DNA of 64,000 nucleotides from Centroscyllium fabricii (Eukaryota): positions 4,340,001 through 4,404,000 of the forward strand of contig JBNRSN020000023.1 of the NCBI GenBank assembly GCA_051313645.2. Reading direction: 5' to 3'. Of this stretch, positions 29,711 through 52,304 are shown one piece after another. The notes beneath the pieces were generated by a model. The model was given only the letters and a program-made list of their open reading frames with translations. It was not told the origin of the DNA and made no database searches. How positions within the stretch are numbered: position 1 is the first letter of the stretch; every line of letters begins with the position of its first letter. A program made the translations under genes and the position numbers.

Positions 29711-32607
29711 TCAACTCAGGCTGTGCTTGTCAAACAAGTACTCTCCCAGGCCATTCTCAGGGGCTCCCAGTCTCTTCAAGTTGGTGATGTGATCTCCAAG
29801 CTTCTTGATCATCTTCACTTGTTCATCCAAGTAGTGGCTCTCCAGGAAGTCACACAACTGAAGAGAAAAAAACCCAATTAGTTCAGAGGAGACATCAAGG
29901 ATCTTCACCTTCATAGGGATGGTCCCTGATCCTCTACTGCTTGGGGTATCAGGTACATGGGCTGTGAGATGGGCAGGTTGTGTCATAGATTAGCTTTACT
30001 CCAGCAGTAATGCATTTTACCAATTTAGAATTAAAAGCAGAACCCAGTTCAGTTAAATCTTGGTGCCCCTATTTCAGTCTGATTTATGTACCAAGCCATC
30101 TCAATGTGATCCAGAGGTTGAAACTCATGAAAGATCAACACAAACCTACCGGGTATGTATCCTTCGCTAATGACAATTAAACAGATTAAGCCTTCACCTC
30201 ACCCAAAAACATGCCAAGTGTCAAGCATGAATAACTGTTCGGACTACCTCCAAGACAGAAGGCCCTGGGTTGTCCCAGGTCAGAGAATTTAGCACATAAT
30301 CCAGGCCAACACTTCACACAGTACTGAAGAAGCACTTCACAGTCTTCCAGGTGAAATATTAAACCAAGGTCCCAGCTGCCCTCAGGTGGGCATTAATGAT
30401 CTAACAGCACTTTTCAATGTGCTGGTGAATTTTCCCTGGTGTCCTGGCCAACACTGGGCCCACCAGCAACTTGAGCAAAACAAATGATCTGCTCATTCAT
30501 CGCCACTGTGCACAAATTGGCTCCACATTGCCTACATTACAATAGTGACTACACGACAAGAGTCCTGAACTAGCGGTGAAGCCCCACATTAAGAACTCAC
30601 ATGAGGGTCGGTGCTCCGAGTGGAGAGTTTGTGCAGATCCAGCAGACTCTGGTTGACATTCTTCTCCATCTGCAGAGCTCTCTGCATCGCCTCCAGACCA
30701 TTGCTCCACTCATCCTGCTCTGGTTTCTGGGGGTTGGGCAGGAAGGTGAGAAAATAGTCAGCAAATTGATTTACAGTGGATAAAATCAGTTCAAAAGCAA
30801 TCAATTTGTTCTCCTTGAGCATTTCAGCAGACAGTAGGATCCCAAGTCAACATTACTTCTGGATACTCAGATTTTAACCAGACTGTTCATCCCCAGGAAT
30901 ATCTTGGTAAAGAGATATTTCACAGCACTAAATGCTTTCAAAGAGAATTATACCAAATGAGGGATGTTTAGCACTAATTGCAGTCACATTTCCTTGCTTT
31001 TATATTTTAAGCCTTCGCATGAAGCCCATCATCTAATTAACCAGTTTTGTACCTGCAAGCGAGCTTCTAATGACATCTGTACTCGGACACAATCCCTTTG
31101 CTCATTTTCTCCTATCCTTGCATCAGATGTGGACCACCTCATTGAACTACATCTGCCATCAAACGCACCCACTGCCTTTGATTCCATCACCTACCCTCCC
31201 TCCAACGGTCACTCGAGCTCACTATAGACCCCAGCTCTGCAGATACCAGTATTTGCAAATCTAGATCATGTGCACCAGTGATCACCATCCAGTGGACTAT
31301 TTTATCCCAACTGTCACCTGCTCCACCCGAGTCAAAAGGTTGCTTCCAATTCCATGCATTCCAATTTTGACCAGCAATCGCCTACCTTCTGAAAATCAAT
31401 ACATACAACCATCAATAATCCTCCTCTAGGCAAAACTTCCATTACTCCACAGTAAATCTATTAGTTTGGGCCTAACTAGCATTTACACAAAACCAAAGCA
31501 ATTCTTCCAAAGTTTGCTGAATCTAACCTTGATGTCCTCCAGGACAACACGCCCCCCACGCTGATTCTGGAATTTCATCAGTTTCTCGGCGTGCTCCCGT
31601 TCCTCATGTGACTGCTCCTTGAAGAACTCAGCAAAGTGATGCAGGGCAACATCATCCCGGTCAAAGTAATAGGACTGCGGGTAGAGACAAAATGGAAAAA
31701 GACAGGTCAGACCGAGATCTCATCCAACTCAAAAATGGTAGATAAATTACCAATACATTGCTGGCTTTCAATTAAGGAACGTGATTGCCAACTTGTCACA
31801 AGTCAAACTCAAATTACTCCACCAATCCTTTGTGATTCTGGTAAATATCCCACACTGAAGTAGCTCAACAGAATAAGAGGTCATGTTAGAACACATTAGT
31901 GAACATCAGTGCTTTTAGGATTAAAGTTTCAGATCCACCTCAACTGGCACCTGGGTCAGTTTATCAGGGATATCTCCTGTTGTTCCCAAAGAAATATCTA
32001 AAATCATTGAAAGAATGAGCAAAACTCAAACTCACCAATTGAATACCTTGAATCACTGTTTAGTGGAAGAGAGATCACACCTCAATGAGACACTTCAACA
32101 CAACAGGATTCTCAGTACATCACTCAATTGGAAAGAGGAGGAAACTCGACAGAACCAGCCAGCCAATTTGTCACTAACTAAACTTATCCAGTTAAATTTA
32201 ATTGTCATCGGTATTACAAAAGTTGACCAGGTCTATGCATCTAGATGAATCTTCTTATAAAACTTCATAGAAAGCTTGAGTTTGTTTCAGATATAAACAC
32301 TTCAGCTATTACAGAGCAGCAAACAGTCTGTTAACAAGACCTTCTGCAAGATCACCGTGCCAAGAGTATTCATTGGATTAAGACTGGGGAGGACTATGGA
32401 GAGACTCTAAAGACATTCATTCACCTAGAAAAATTCTACTTGCTTAGAATTCAATGATGCCACAGCCTTAATTTTGAAATGGGATCCCCAAAATACAAAA
32501 CTCACCATGGAGAGATAAACATAGGCGGAATAGAGCTCCATGTTGATCTGCTTGTTGACAGCATCCTCACAGTCCTTGTGGTAGTTCTGACGCACTTGGG
32601 AGGCCAT
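29711..32607 (-). CDS. Ferritin H/M-type subunit, copy 3 (type C)
   Basis: Exons 32607-32506, 31674-31528, 30726-30601, 29857-29711; intact frame, GT-AG. Confidence 0.96.
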
Positions 32608-32900
32608 CTTAACTCTTCCTGTTGATCAGCACTAAACTCAAACTCCACTGTAACAACAACCTAACCTCTGCCCTCACAAGCTCCTGTATTTATACTAGTG
32701 GGACAGCCTGCATTTCAACAGGGTCTGGTATGACCAATGATGATTGACAATCCCCGATAACCAGTCAGGATCTTCCATCAATCCAGGCACCAATTAACAA
32801 AGGAGAGGGGGTGGGGTTTGAGATCCCCAGAGCCAATCAGAGCTTTGGAATATAGAGGTTTGGATGATTATTCTGTGATGTCATTGCGGTTGGACACTTT

Positions 32901-33717
32901 GGCCAAAGTTTTCATGTCCCCATCAGACGGGGTTTTGGGCGGGTCGGACAGCAAAATAGCGGAACCGGTGGGTCGCGACCCCACCCGCCCCTGCCGGATC
33001 CCCACCGCTTTTCCATTTTCCACCGCCCTGTCTCCCCAACCCGAATCTTTCCCGCTGGCGGCCAGCGGGGATGGTTGTTAAGCTCATTAAGGGCCCTTAA
33101 TTGGCATCTGTAATGCCATTTTAAGGGCCCTTAGCAATTTTCAACCCCTTCCCACCCAAACCCCACCATCCTAAAACCCCGCTGGTGAAACCCAGCGGGA
33201 GCACAGTGGTCTTGCTAATATTCTTCTTCAATGTGTTGAAAGACCTAGAGCAAAATGCTTCCCAGGCCTTCAACACCCTGGAGATGTAAGTCACTCACTT
33301 GGGTGAAGATCAGCTATGGGGAAAAATGTAGAAATCTTAACTTGCTAGCTCTATTGACAGCTCCATTGACAGCCAGCCCCAAGCTGTCAAAGATTTGCAG
33401 CCCGCCCGCCCACCTGTCACTCAGAGCACTTGGTCTTTCACATTGGTTGTACCCCACTGTGATGTCACAGTGGAGTGTTTCCATGGGAACTGTAAACACA
33501 CAGTTCCCGCAGCTGTCTGACAACCTCCTAGAATCCCGCTTGAGTGCCGTAATTGCTGATTGGACTGAGGCAATTACCAGGGGCACCCCGCACGCGGTGA
33601 TTTAATTAAGCAATTAAAGGAAAATAGCTTCGCCTTCCCAGGCCCTTGGGGGGGCGGGACAGGAACCCGCCCTGACCAATCCCCGCCAGGTTCCTACACC
33701 TCCAGGAAAATCCCCCC
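32901..33717. mobile_element. ~820-bp non-autonomous DNA-transposon-like insert upstream of type C ferritins (second copy ~39638-40457)
   Basis: Absent at the equivalent site of type A/B promoters; degenerate inverted termini ggccaaagttttc...gaaaatcccccc; no ORF. Confidence 0.55.
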
Positions 33718-33774
33718 ATTTAACTTTGCTCAAATCGATCTGAAAGTGCCTACTCTTTTGGCTAATCAATCAGG

Positions 33775-34315
33775 AAGATTAAATCATCAATTGGGACCAC
33801 CTAAGCCCTTAAACATTAACTGCCCCCTCAATCCACCACGCTCAGCCTGGACCTGTGGGTGGCCACCTTGCCCAGGCCCAGGGGCAGACCCACAAGGAGA
33901 TCCTCCGACCGGCCCACCTCCATCCACCCAGGGTGGCCAAAGACCAGGAGCGTGGGACTGAAGTGCAGCCAGAATTAGAGGAGCAGCCCCTTCGAATAAT
34001 GGAAGAGGGGCTGCAACCTCTCACAGTTAACATAGACATGAAACATGGACTCCTCCAGACTGCAAAAGTTACAGGCAGCCTTGGAGACCAGGAATCGACT
34101 TGAAAATATATTAGATGGGACTGCTACATGCAACGCTCTGCATGACAGATCCCCATTGGAACAGGGGAAGACTCCCTCGTAGGGAGCCCTCCGTCACCAG
34201 GGTGTGTCTGGATGGGGGACAAGGCCGATAGAGTAGAGTCTGTGCAGGAGCGGCCTGTACCTCCACGCAGAGTGGAATGTCACGGAGGATATTTTGCGAG
34301 AGATTGCTGATAGAA
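33775..34315 (-). mobile_element. Degenerate Tx1 ORF2 3' fragment
   Basis: Paralogous to 27190-27725. Confidence 0.85.
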
Positions 34316-34650
34316 TCACAGCTTCAGAAAATATCTCACAGCTTCAGAAAATATCTCAAAAAGCTCGATGACTTTGCAAATAGAAATTCCAGCCTTTAGA
34401 TGGTGTCGAGCACAACCAGCTCTAAGTTAACCAGTCTCGGGAGAATTGATGGGCATCTCGGTGGGTCCAGAAAGAGTCCGTGATACTAAAGTTCACAATT
34501 TTGACCACAATAGATTGAAAGAGACTGACCTGCACCAGACAGTCTGCAGTGAATCTGCAAACCAGCCCACAACGAGTTGGGGAAATGGAAAGTTGATCAG
34601 TGGGGAGCTTCAGACAGAATCTGTTGCTCCGTCACTGTAAAGTGCGATGT

Positions 34651-34832
34651 TGAAACATAGAAACATAGAAGGTAGGAGCAGGAGTCGGCCATTCGGCCCC
34701 TCGAGCCTGCTCCGCCATTTAATGAGATCATGGCTGATCATCCAAATTCAGTACCCTGTCCCTGCCCTCTCCCCATATCCCTTGATCCCTTTAGCCTTAA
34801 GAAATATATCTAACTTCTTCTTGAATATCCCT
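34651..34832 (-). mobile_element. CR1/SINE 3' tail fragment
   Basis: aaacatagaaacatagaa tail, ggagcaggagtcggccattcggcccctcgagcctgctccgcc; interrupts the spacer module. Confidence 0.75.
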
Positions 34833-36509
34833 TATTATCCCCATGAAATTTAAGAGCTGTAAAGTCCTGTGTTTAGTTTGCACTGTTTCCTCATCTCCTG
34901 CAAACCCCGGGTCTGTTGTGAGGAACGGTTTTATACCTGAAAGGTCAAGAGTCTTGTGTTTTCTCGACCGATGCTGCCTGACCTGCTGAGTGTCTCCAGC
35001 GTTTTCTGTTTCTGTTTGAGATTTCCAGTATCTGCAGTATTTCAGTTTGTGTTCCTATCCTGTTGTAACTCTGGTCCAACTACCAGGCATTTAACAGAAG
35101 GACCACAAAACCTCCAGAACAGAGAACAGTGAATTACATAAACCGTCCAACACAGAAATAGGATGTTCGACCCAACCAGTTTGTGTTGGAGTTTATCTTC
35201 CACATCAACAATAGTCCTAATTCCATGTGCCTGCCCTGTTGCTATTCCATGGTATCTAATCTTGTTCAGGCAGGTATCCCCCATCCCCTGCCAGTCAAAC
35301 TAATATGTTATTTGTAGTCAGTCTCACCGTGTATAGCAGCTCATCATGTCTGTTAGCTGAATCCTTGAAAGAATATTTAATAAGCTCTGGTACCTCAGTA
35401 TTTTCAAATGGAATTAATTCATGTCCTTTAGGTTAACTATTTTTGAAGAACTTTAATGGATGTTTAATTTGTAGAATCTTCAGGAAAACTACTACCTCAG
35501 TATTTGTGGGTTAAGGGCAGTGTTTCTGAACGAGTTGTGGTAATTAGAAAAACACCAAGTGAAGTGTTGAAGATAATGGAAAGCAACTATTTGATTACAA
35601 TGAACTGGTGGATCCCTGGAACAGTTAGTGATGCTGCAATTGAGGAGATCGGTTTAAATTGTTCGTTGTGAAGATGTACAGGATTATTTTGCTGTAATAT
35701 AATTTTTATTATGACCAATTCTTTATCCAAATGGTATATACTGCAGGTTGGTGAATAATGTTGTCCAGTCTGGTGTTTTCACTCATTGGTAACTGTCACC
35801 CTTGGAGGGATGGTAAACAAAAGACAGCCTGCCCACATTGAGATTCCAAGGTGGTCAATGCTGTACGATGTATACATGTCACAAAGCTTCCACAATCCAG
35901 TGAGTGACTTGTGCCATCAGTCTAATTCAAAGACTCCGAGTCCATCCTGCACCTTCCGTGGCCTGAGATACGAGGGTGAGGCAGGAGGCCCAGCAGATTC
36001 TTCACTCCCCCGACTGAAGAGAGTCAATACTGAAGATATTAATTCAACCACCCAACTGCTTGGTTTTAAAAGCACCACAACTGTGACATAGTTGGCAAGA
36101 AAACCTTTGCCCCCCTCACAACCTGGAACTATTACCAAGGTTAGTTTCAGAAAAACCTTTATAAGCCTCAAGGTGATGATTTGAAGATGTGGGCACTGCA
36201 TCCTGGGCAGGAATGGAATCATGTTTAGGAAGCTGAACTGGGAGGGACTTATATATGGTTTGGCATATAAGTAGTTTTAGCTTAATCATACATTACACAG
36301 CTGTGCATCATGCAGGGAGTGACCTCAGTAATCAGATCAGCTACTTAATTATACAACAAAGACAAACCAGTTCAATGATGAATAACTTTTATTTCCATGT
36401 ACTGTGACAGATGAGAAAACTGGGAAATAACCACAAGCAAAGCATTCACCATTAGAAGTTGGTCACTTCATTTCCACCATGTATAGAACTAATGGTTCAA
36501 GAATCCCCA

Positions 36510-39344
<2,835 letters not shown>

Positions 39345-39637
39345 CTTAACTCTTCCTGTTGATCAGCTCTAAGCTCAAACTTCACTGTAACAACAACCTA
39401 ACCTCTGCCCTCACAAGCTCCTGTATTTATACTAGTGGGACAGCCTGCATTTCAACAGGGTCTGGTATGACCAATGATGATTGACAATCCCCGCTAACCA
39501 GTCAGGAATCTTCATGAATCCAGGCACCAATTAACAAAGGAAAGGGGGTGGGGTTTGAGATCCCCAGAGCCAATCAGAGCTTTGGAATATAGAGGTTTGG
39601 ATGATTATTCTGTGATGTCATTGCGGTTGGACACTTT

Positions 39638-40457
39638 GGCCAAAATTTTCATGTCCCTATGAGACGGGGTTTTGGGTGGGTCGGACAGCAAAATAGCGGA
39701 ACTGGTGGGTTGCGACCCCACCAGCCCCCACCGGATCTCCGCCGCTCTTCCATTTTCCACCGCCCTGGCTCCCCAACCCGAATCTTTCCCGCCGCCGGCC
39801 AGCGGGGATGGTTGCTAAGCTCATTAAGGGCCCTTAGTTGGCATCTGTAATGCCATTTTAAGGGCCCTTAACAATTTTCAACCCCTTCCCACCCAAACCC
39901 CGCCATCCTAAAACGCCGCTGGTGAAACCCAGTGGGAGCACAGTGGTCTTGCTAATATTCTTCTTCAATGTGTTGAAAGACCCAGCGCAAAATGCTTCTC
40001 AGGCCTTCAACACCCTGGAGATGTAAGTCACTCACTTGGGTGAAGACCAGCTGTGGGGAAAAATTTAGAAATCTTAACTTGCTAGCTCCATTGACAGCTC
40101 TATTGACAGCCGGCCCCAAGCTGTCAAAGATTTGCAGCCCGCCCGCCCACCTGCCACTCAGAGCACTTGGTCTTTCACATTGGTTGTACTCCACTGTGAT
40201 GTCACAGTGGAGGGTTTCCATGGGAACTGTAAACACACAGTTCCCGCAGCTGTCTGACAACCTCCAAGAATCCCACTTGAGCGCCGTAATTGCTGACTGG
40301 ACTGAGGCAATTACCAGGGGCACCCCGCACGCGGTGATTTAATTAAGCAATTCAAGGAAAATAGCGTCGGCTTCCCAGGCCCTTGGGTGGGCGGTACAGG
40401 AACCCGCCCTGACCAATCCCCGCCAGGTTCCTACACCTCCAGGAACATCCCCCCCCC
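39638..40457. mobile_element. Second copy of the DNA-transposon-like insert
   Basis: Closely similar to 32901-33717 and at the same position relative to the ferritin ATG. Confidence 0.55.
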
Positions 40458-40514
40458 CCTTTAACTTTGCTCAAATCGATCTGAAAGTGGCTACTCGTTT
40501 GGCTAATCAATCAG

Positions 40515-40727
40515 GAAGATTAAATCATCAATCGGGATCACCTAAGCCCTTAAAAAAATAAGTGCCCCCTCAATCTACCATGCTCAGCCTGGACCTGTGG
40601 GTGGCCACCTTGGCCAGGCCCAGGAGCAGACCCACAAGGAGGTCCTCCGACCGGCCCACCTCCATCCACCCCGGGTGGCCAAAGACCAGGAGCGTGGCAC
40701 TGAAGTGCAGCCAGAAGTAGAGGAGCC
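40515..40727 (-). mobile_element. Degenerate Tx1 ORF2 fragment truncated by a deletion
   Basis: Paralogous to 27190-27395, then joined directly to spacer sequence cctgacctgctgagtg. Confidence 0.8.
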
Positions 40728-41911
40728 ACCCTGACCTGCTGAGTGTCTCCAGCGTTTTCTGTTTCTGTTTGAGATTTCGAGTATCTGCAGTATTTCAGTT
40801 TGTGTTCCTATCCTGTTGTAACTCTAGTCCAACTACCAGGCATTTTATAGAAGGACCACAAAACCTCCAGAACTGAGAAGAGTGAATCACATAAAATGTA
40901 CAGAAATAGGATGTTTGACCCAACCAGTTAGTGTTGGAGTTTATCTTCCACATCAACAATAGTCCTAATTTCATGTGCCTGCCCTGTTGCTATTCCATGG
41001 TATCTAACCTTGTTCAGGCCGGTATCCCCCATCCCCTGTCAGTCAAGCTAATATTTTATTTGTAGTCAGTCTAACCCTGTACCGGCACTCACCATGTCTG
41101 CTCGCTCAGCCCTTGATCAGCTCGTGTGCCTCAGTAATTTGAAAGAGCTAATTAATGCCCTTTAGGTGAACTATGAGTATTAATAGATGTTTAAGCTGTG
41201 GCATCTCCAAGAAATCTCAAACTGCACACACTATTTGTGGGTTAAGGTCAGTGTTTCTGAACAAGTTGTGGCAATTAGGAATATACCCAGTGAAGTGTTG
41301 ATGATGTAAAGTAGCTGTTGGATTATAATGAACTGCTGGACCCCATTAACAGTTAGTGATGCTGCAATAGAAAGGAAGGGAGGTTAAGTTGTGAGAGATG
41401 TTGAGGATTTTGCTTTTATATAATTGACATCAGTACAGATTCTTCACCAAACCCAAAAACACCAAGTCAGGCATATGAGAGTCTGGTCTTTGAGGGGGAA
41501 ACAGAGGAATGTTAAGTAAAAGACAGCCAGCCCATGTCACAAAACTTTTACAATGCAGTGAGTGACTTGTGCGATCAGTCGACTGCAAAGACAGCGACTC
41601 CATCCTTCCCCCTCATCAGGGTCAAGTAGATTCTTCCTTCCCCTGACTAAAGAGAATACAGAAGGCACAAATTCAGTCCCCCCACCCTCCATTGTTTGAA
41701 AGCTCCATCACATTTTGCTGTCACAAGTGGGGGGAAACCACCTTTTCAGCAGGAATTGCTACAGAGATTACACTTTCAGAAGTTGTACATTTGAGAAAAC
41801 CATGAAGCCTCAAGTGATGATTTGAAGATATGGGCATATCTATCCTGGGCAGCAACTTCAAGTTGAGGAAGCTGGACTGGGAGAGATAGAATGTGTGTTT
41901 TGGCATGAGAG

Positions 41912-42925
41912 AATAGAAACATAGAAGATAGGAGCAGGTGTAGGCCATTCGAGCCTGCTCCGCCATTCAATGAGATCATGGCTGATCTTTCAAGTTCAGT
42001 ACCCTGTCCCCGCCTTCTCTCCGTAACCCTTAATCCCTTTAGCCTGAAGAAATGTATCCAATTCCCTCTTAAATATATTTAATGAACTGGCCTCCACTGC
42101 CCTCTGTGGCAAGGAATTCCACAGGCTCACCACTCTCTGGGTGAAGAAATTCTTCCTCATATCTGTCCTAAATGGTTTACCCCTTATCCTTAGACTGTGG
42201 CCGCTGGTTCTGGACTCCCTCGCCATTGGAAACATTCTTTCTGAATTTAACCTGTCCAGGCCGGTCAGAATTTTATATGTGTGGTAACCGTTATATGTAC
42301 TCTTATTACCACCTTAATATTGTTGCCAATATTACACTATGTATAGCGGCCGGGTGCATGATATAACTGTTCTGTATTGCGACACTGTTGCGGGGTCAGG
42401 TCAGCCACACCTCTAACTCCTCCCCTCATTAGGTGGGGTCTGACCTGCCCCCATTCATTCTGTACCTGATGTTCGATCGGAGCGTAGCTCCTTTGTAAGC
42501 TAATAAAAGCCTTTAGTTAAGGTAACTACGCGTCTTTAGTTTTATTAGACTATTGACGGCACGTCAATATGTTTCGGTGAGATCCCCTCACAATCTTCTA
42601 AACTCCAGCGAGTACAAGCCCAAACTACACAATCTCTCCCCGTAGGTCATTCCAGGTATCATCCTGGTGAATTGCCGCTGCACTCCTTCCATGGCAAGAA
42701 CATCCTTCCTCAGATGAGGTGACCAAAACTGTACACAATACTGAAGGTGTGGTCTCACTAGTGCCTTTTACAGCTGTAGTAAGGTATCCTTATTCCTATA
42801 CTCGAACCCTCTTGATATGAAGACCAACATACTATTTGCCTTCTTAACCGCCTGTTGCACCTGCATGCTCGCCTTCAGTGACTGGTGCACAAGAACACGC
42901 AGGTCTCTCTGCACTTCCCCATGTT
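41912..42925 (-). mobile_element. CR1-clade LINE 3' fragment, interrupted by a solo LTR
   Basis: ORF 41996-42235 (SRTSGHSL..FFTQRVVSLWNSLPQ) plus upstream LEYAGV/LVRPHLQYCVQFWSP-type sequence. Confidence 0.88.
42280..42566 (+). mobile_element. 287-bp solo LTR
   Basis: TG...CA termini, 5-bp TSD atatg (42275-42279/42567-42571), AATAAA at ~42502. Confidence 0.8.
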
Positions 42926-43148
42926 TTAATGTGATGTCACATGGTTCAGTGCCTTGGCAATCTGAATATCAGATCAGCTACTTAATTATACAACAGACAA
43001 ACCAGTTCAATGATGAATAACTTTTATTTCCATGTAATGTGACAGTTAGATGAGAAAACTGAGAAACAACCACAAGCAAAGCATTCACCATTAGAAGTTG
43101 GTCACTTCATTTCCACCATGTATAGAACTAATGGTTCAAGAATCCCCA

Positions 43149-46102
<2,954 letters not shown>

Positions 46103-46263
46103 CTTAACTCTTCCTGTTGATCAGCACTAAGCTCAAACTCCACTGTAACAACAACCTAACCTCTGCCCTCACAAGCTCCTGTATTTATACTGGTGGGACA
46201 GCCTGCATTTCAACAGGGTCTGGTATGACAAATGATGATTGACAATCCCCGATAACCAGTCAG

Positions 46264-46400
46264 GATCTTCCATGAATCCAGGCACCAATCAACAAAGGAG
46301 AGGGGGAGGGGTTTGAGAAACCCAGAGCCAATCAGAGCTTTGGAATACAGAGGTTTGGATGATTATTCTGTGATGTCATTGCTGTTGCTTTCTTTGACTT
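46264..46400 (-). promoter_or_regulatory. Conserved upstream ferritin promoter block (two CCAAT motifs, G-rich box, TGACATCA CRE/AP-1-like site)
   Basis: Block gatcttccatgaatccaggcaccaat...gggggaggggtttg...gccaatcag...tgatgtcattgc is conserved at 26912-27040, 32769-32895, ~39507-39630, 46264-46400 and ~52472-52600. It is absent upstream of copy 1. Confidence 0.6.
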
Positions 46401-48080
46401 TCCTCAGACTGAATCTGAAAGTGTCTCTGTTCTCAGAATCAGAGCTTCACAACATATCTCAAAGAGTTTGATGAAATTCCACCCTATAGATGGTGTCGAT
46501 CACAACCGGCTCTAATTTAACCCATCTCTTGGAGAATTGATGGGCATCTCGGTGGGTCCACAACGGGTCCGTGATACCAAGGTTCACAATGTTGACCACA
46601 ATAGATTGAAAGAGACTGACCTGCACCAGACAGTCCGCAGTGAATCTGCAAACCAGCCCACGAGTTGGGGAAATGGCAAGTGGATCAGTGGGGAGCTTCA
46701 GACAGAATCTGTTGCTCCATCACTGTAAAGTGCGATGTGGAGTTTTATCCCCATGAAATTTAAGAGCTGTAAAGTCCTGTGTTTAGTTTACACTGTTTCC
46801 TCATCTCCTGCAAACCCCGGGTCTGTTGTGAGGAACGGTTTTAGACCTGAAAGGTCAAGAGTCTCGTGTTTTCTCGACCGACGCTGCCTGACCTGCTGAG
46901 TGTCTCCAGCGTTTTCTGTTTCTGTTTGAGATTTCCAGTATCTGCAGTATTTCGGTTTGTGTTCCTATCCTGTTGTAACTCTGGTCCAATTACCAGGCAT
47001 TTAACAGAAGGACCACCAAACCTCCAGAACAGAGAAGAGTGAATTACATAAACCGTCCAACACAGAAATAGGATGTTTGGCCCAACTCTCTTCAGCAAAT
47101 AGCAGTTGATGCTCGGTCAGTTGTTAATTTTAAATCTGAGATTGATAGATTTTTGTTAACCAAAGCTGTTAAGGGACGTGGGACAAAGGCGGGTACATGG
47201 AGTTAGGTCACAGATCAGCCATGATCTCATTGAATGGAAGGACAGGCTCGAGGGGCTGAATGGCCTGTTCCGAACCAGCTCATGTTTATTCTCTACACAA
47301 GCACTAGTCCTAATCCCACGAGGCTGCCCCGTTGCTATACCATGGCATCTAATCTTGTTTAGGTACATGATTGGAAAGAGGTTCAGTTGGAACTACGGTG
47401 GTGTTTGAACGTAGCTCCCACCAACAGTAAAACTGAAGATTGTCGCCCAAGTATGTCAGAACTACCATGTGTGTGCGAGACACATGGCCCATCAATCAGC
47501 TGTACCATTCCGGAATGTCCAACGAGCTCTCATTCCCCTTGTGGTGTGGAGAACCAATGTATTTTCCAATTTAGTTCCCACCAGCAGTCCAAACAATATT
47601 TTATTTGTAGGCAATCTTAGCCTTTATAGCAGCTCACCATCGCTGCCAGCTCAGTCCGTGAGGGATTATTTAACAGGCTCGGGTGTCTCAGTATTTTGAC
47701 TGCACTCATTCCCTTTGGGTGAACTATTCTTTGAACATTAATCGATGTTTAATTTGGGGCATCATCAGGAACACTCCGAATCACCGCACACTTTGTGGGT
47801 TAAGGGCAGCCATTGAACAAATTGTGGCCGTCAACAATATACCAAATGAATTAGTGAAAATAATCTACAGTTACTATTTGATCAGATATAACCAGTGGAT
47901 CCCTACAACAGTGATACAGCAAGGGAGTCTGGGTTTTTGGGATGAAGGATCATTTATTTAAACAAATTTATATGTTTACTGATTTATCTCCACTTTACCC
48001 AACACCCACAAACTTCAACTTGGACAAACTGCAGCTTGATGTAAAGTTCTATACACACTAGTGGTTCATTTAATCCCAGA

Positions 48081-48250
48081 AGTCACACAAAACCAGATTT
48101 ATAGTCCAACGGTTTTATTACAAATCACAAGCTTTCGGAGCGTCGCTCCGAAAGCTTGTGATTTGTAATAAAACCGTTGGACTATAAATCTGGTGTTGTG
48201 TGACTTCTTGCATTTGTCCACCCCAGTCCAACACCGGCACCTCCACATTA
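48081..48250 (+). mobile_element. Penelope-like retroelement fragment with terminal inversion (65-bp-arm palindrome)
   Basis: 14-bp TSD catttaatcccaga (48067-48080/48251-48264); empty site in the paralog at ~14892; gctccgaaagcttgtgattt..aataaa..gttggactataa..ctggtgttgtgtgact resembles Penelope pLTR ends. Confidence 0.7.
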
Positions 48251-49025
48251 CATTTAATCCCAGACATCAAGATTGACAGTTGGTTGGGGTAGAAAGTAGA
48301 AAAGGAAGCAATGGTCAGGGGTGGGGGAGTGAGGGGAAAGAGAATGTTAAACAGAAGTTATCCTGCCCAAGTTGAAGTTTCCAAGATGGCCAACGCTGTA
48401 CTGTGTGCACGTCACAAAGTTTTGGCAATCCAGTGAATGACTTGTGGCATCATTCAAATGTAAAGACACCTCAATAGCAGGTCGTCCCACCACCATTCCT
48501 GAGAGGTAAATGTTTGAAGTAGGACACCAGGCAGATACTCTCCATTTTCCTGCCTGAAGAATCAATAGTTAAAGCATCAACTCAACACATTAACTCAACC
48601 CCCTCCACCCTTCCCCATTTCTTTGTTTTAAACCTCCACAGATTAATGACATTTTGCTGGCAGATGTTATAAAAATACCCAGCAGGGATGGTTACCGAGA
48701 GTTCAGAAAACCATTAGAAGCATCTCCAGTGATGGTTTTGAAGATGTGGGCACAGCCATCTTGGACACAGGGAGAGACTACTGTAGTTTTAAACTTTGAT
48801 CATATATTACACAACTGTGTATTGTGCAGTATAATCTCATTAAGCAGCTCAGCTACTTAATTATACAACAAAGACAAACCAGTTCAATGATGAATAACTT
48901 TTATTTCCATGTACTGTGACAGTTAGATGAGAAAACTGGGAAATAACCACAACCAAAGCATTCACCATTAGAAGTTGGTCACTTCATTTCCACCATGTAT
49001 AGAACTAATGGTTCAAGAATCCCCA

Positions 49026-52304
<3,279 letters not shown>

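Noticed and set aside
34317-34358. 20-bp tandem duplication acagcttcagaaaatatctc
   Set aside because: Simple slippage event in one spacer copy; no sign of function.
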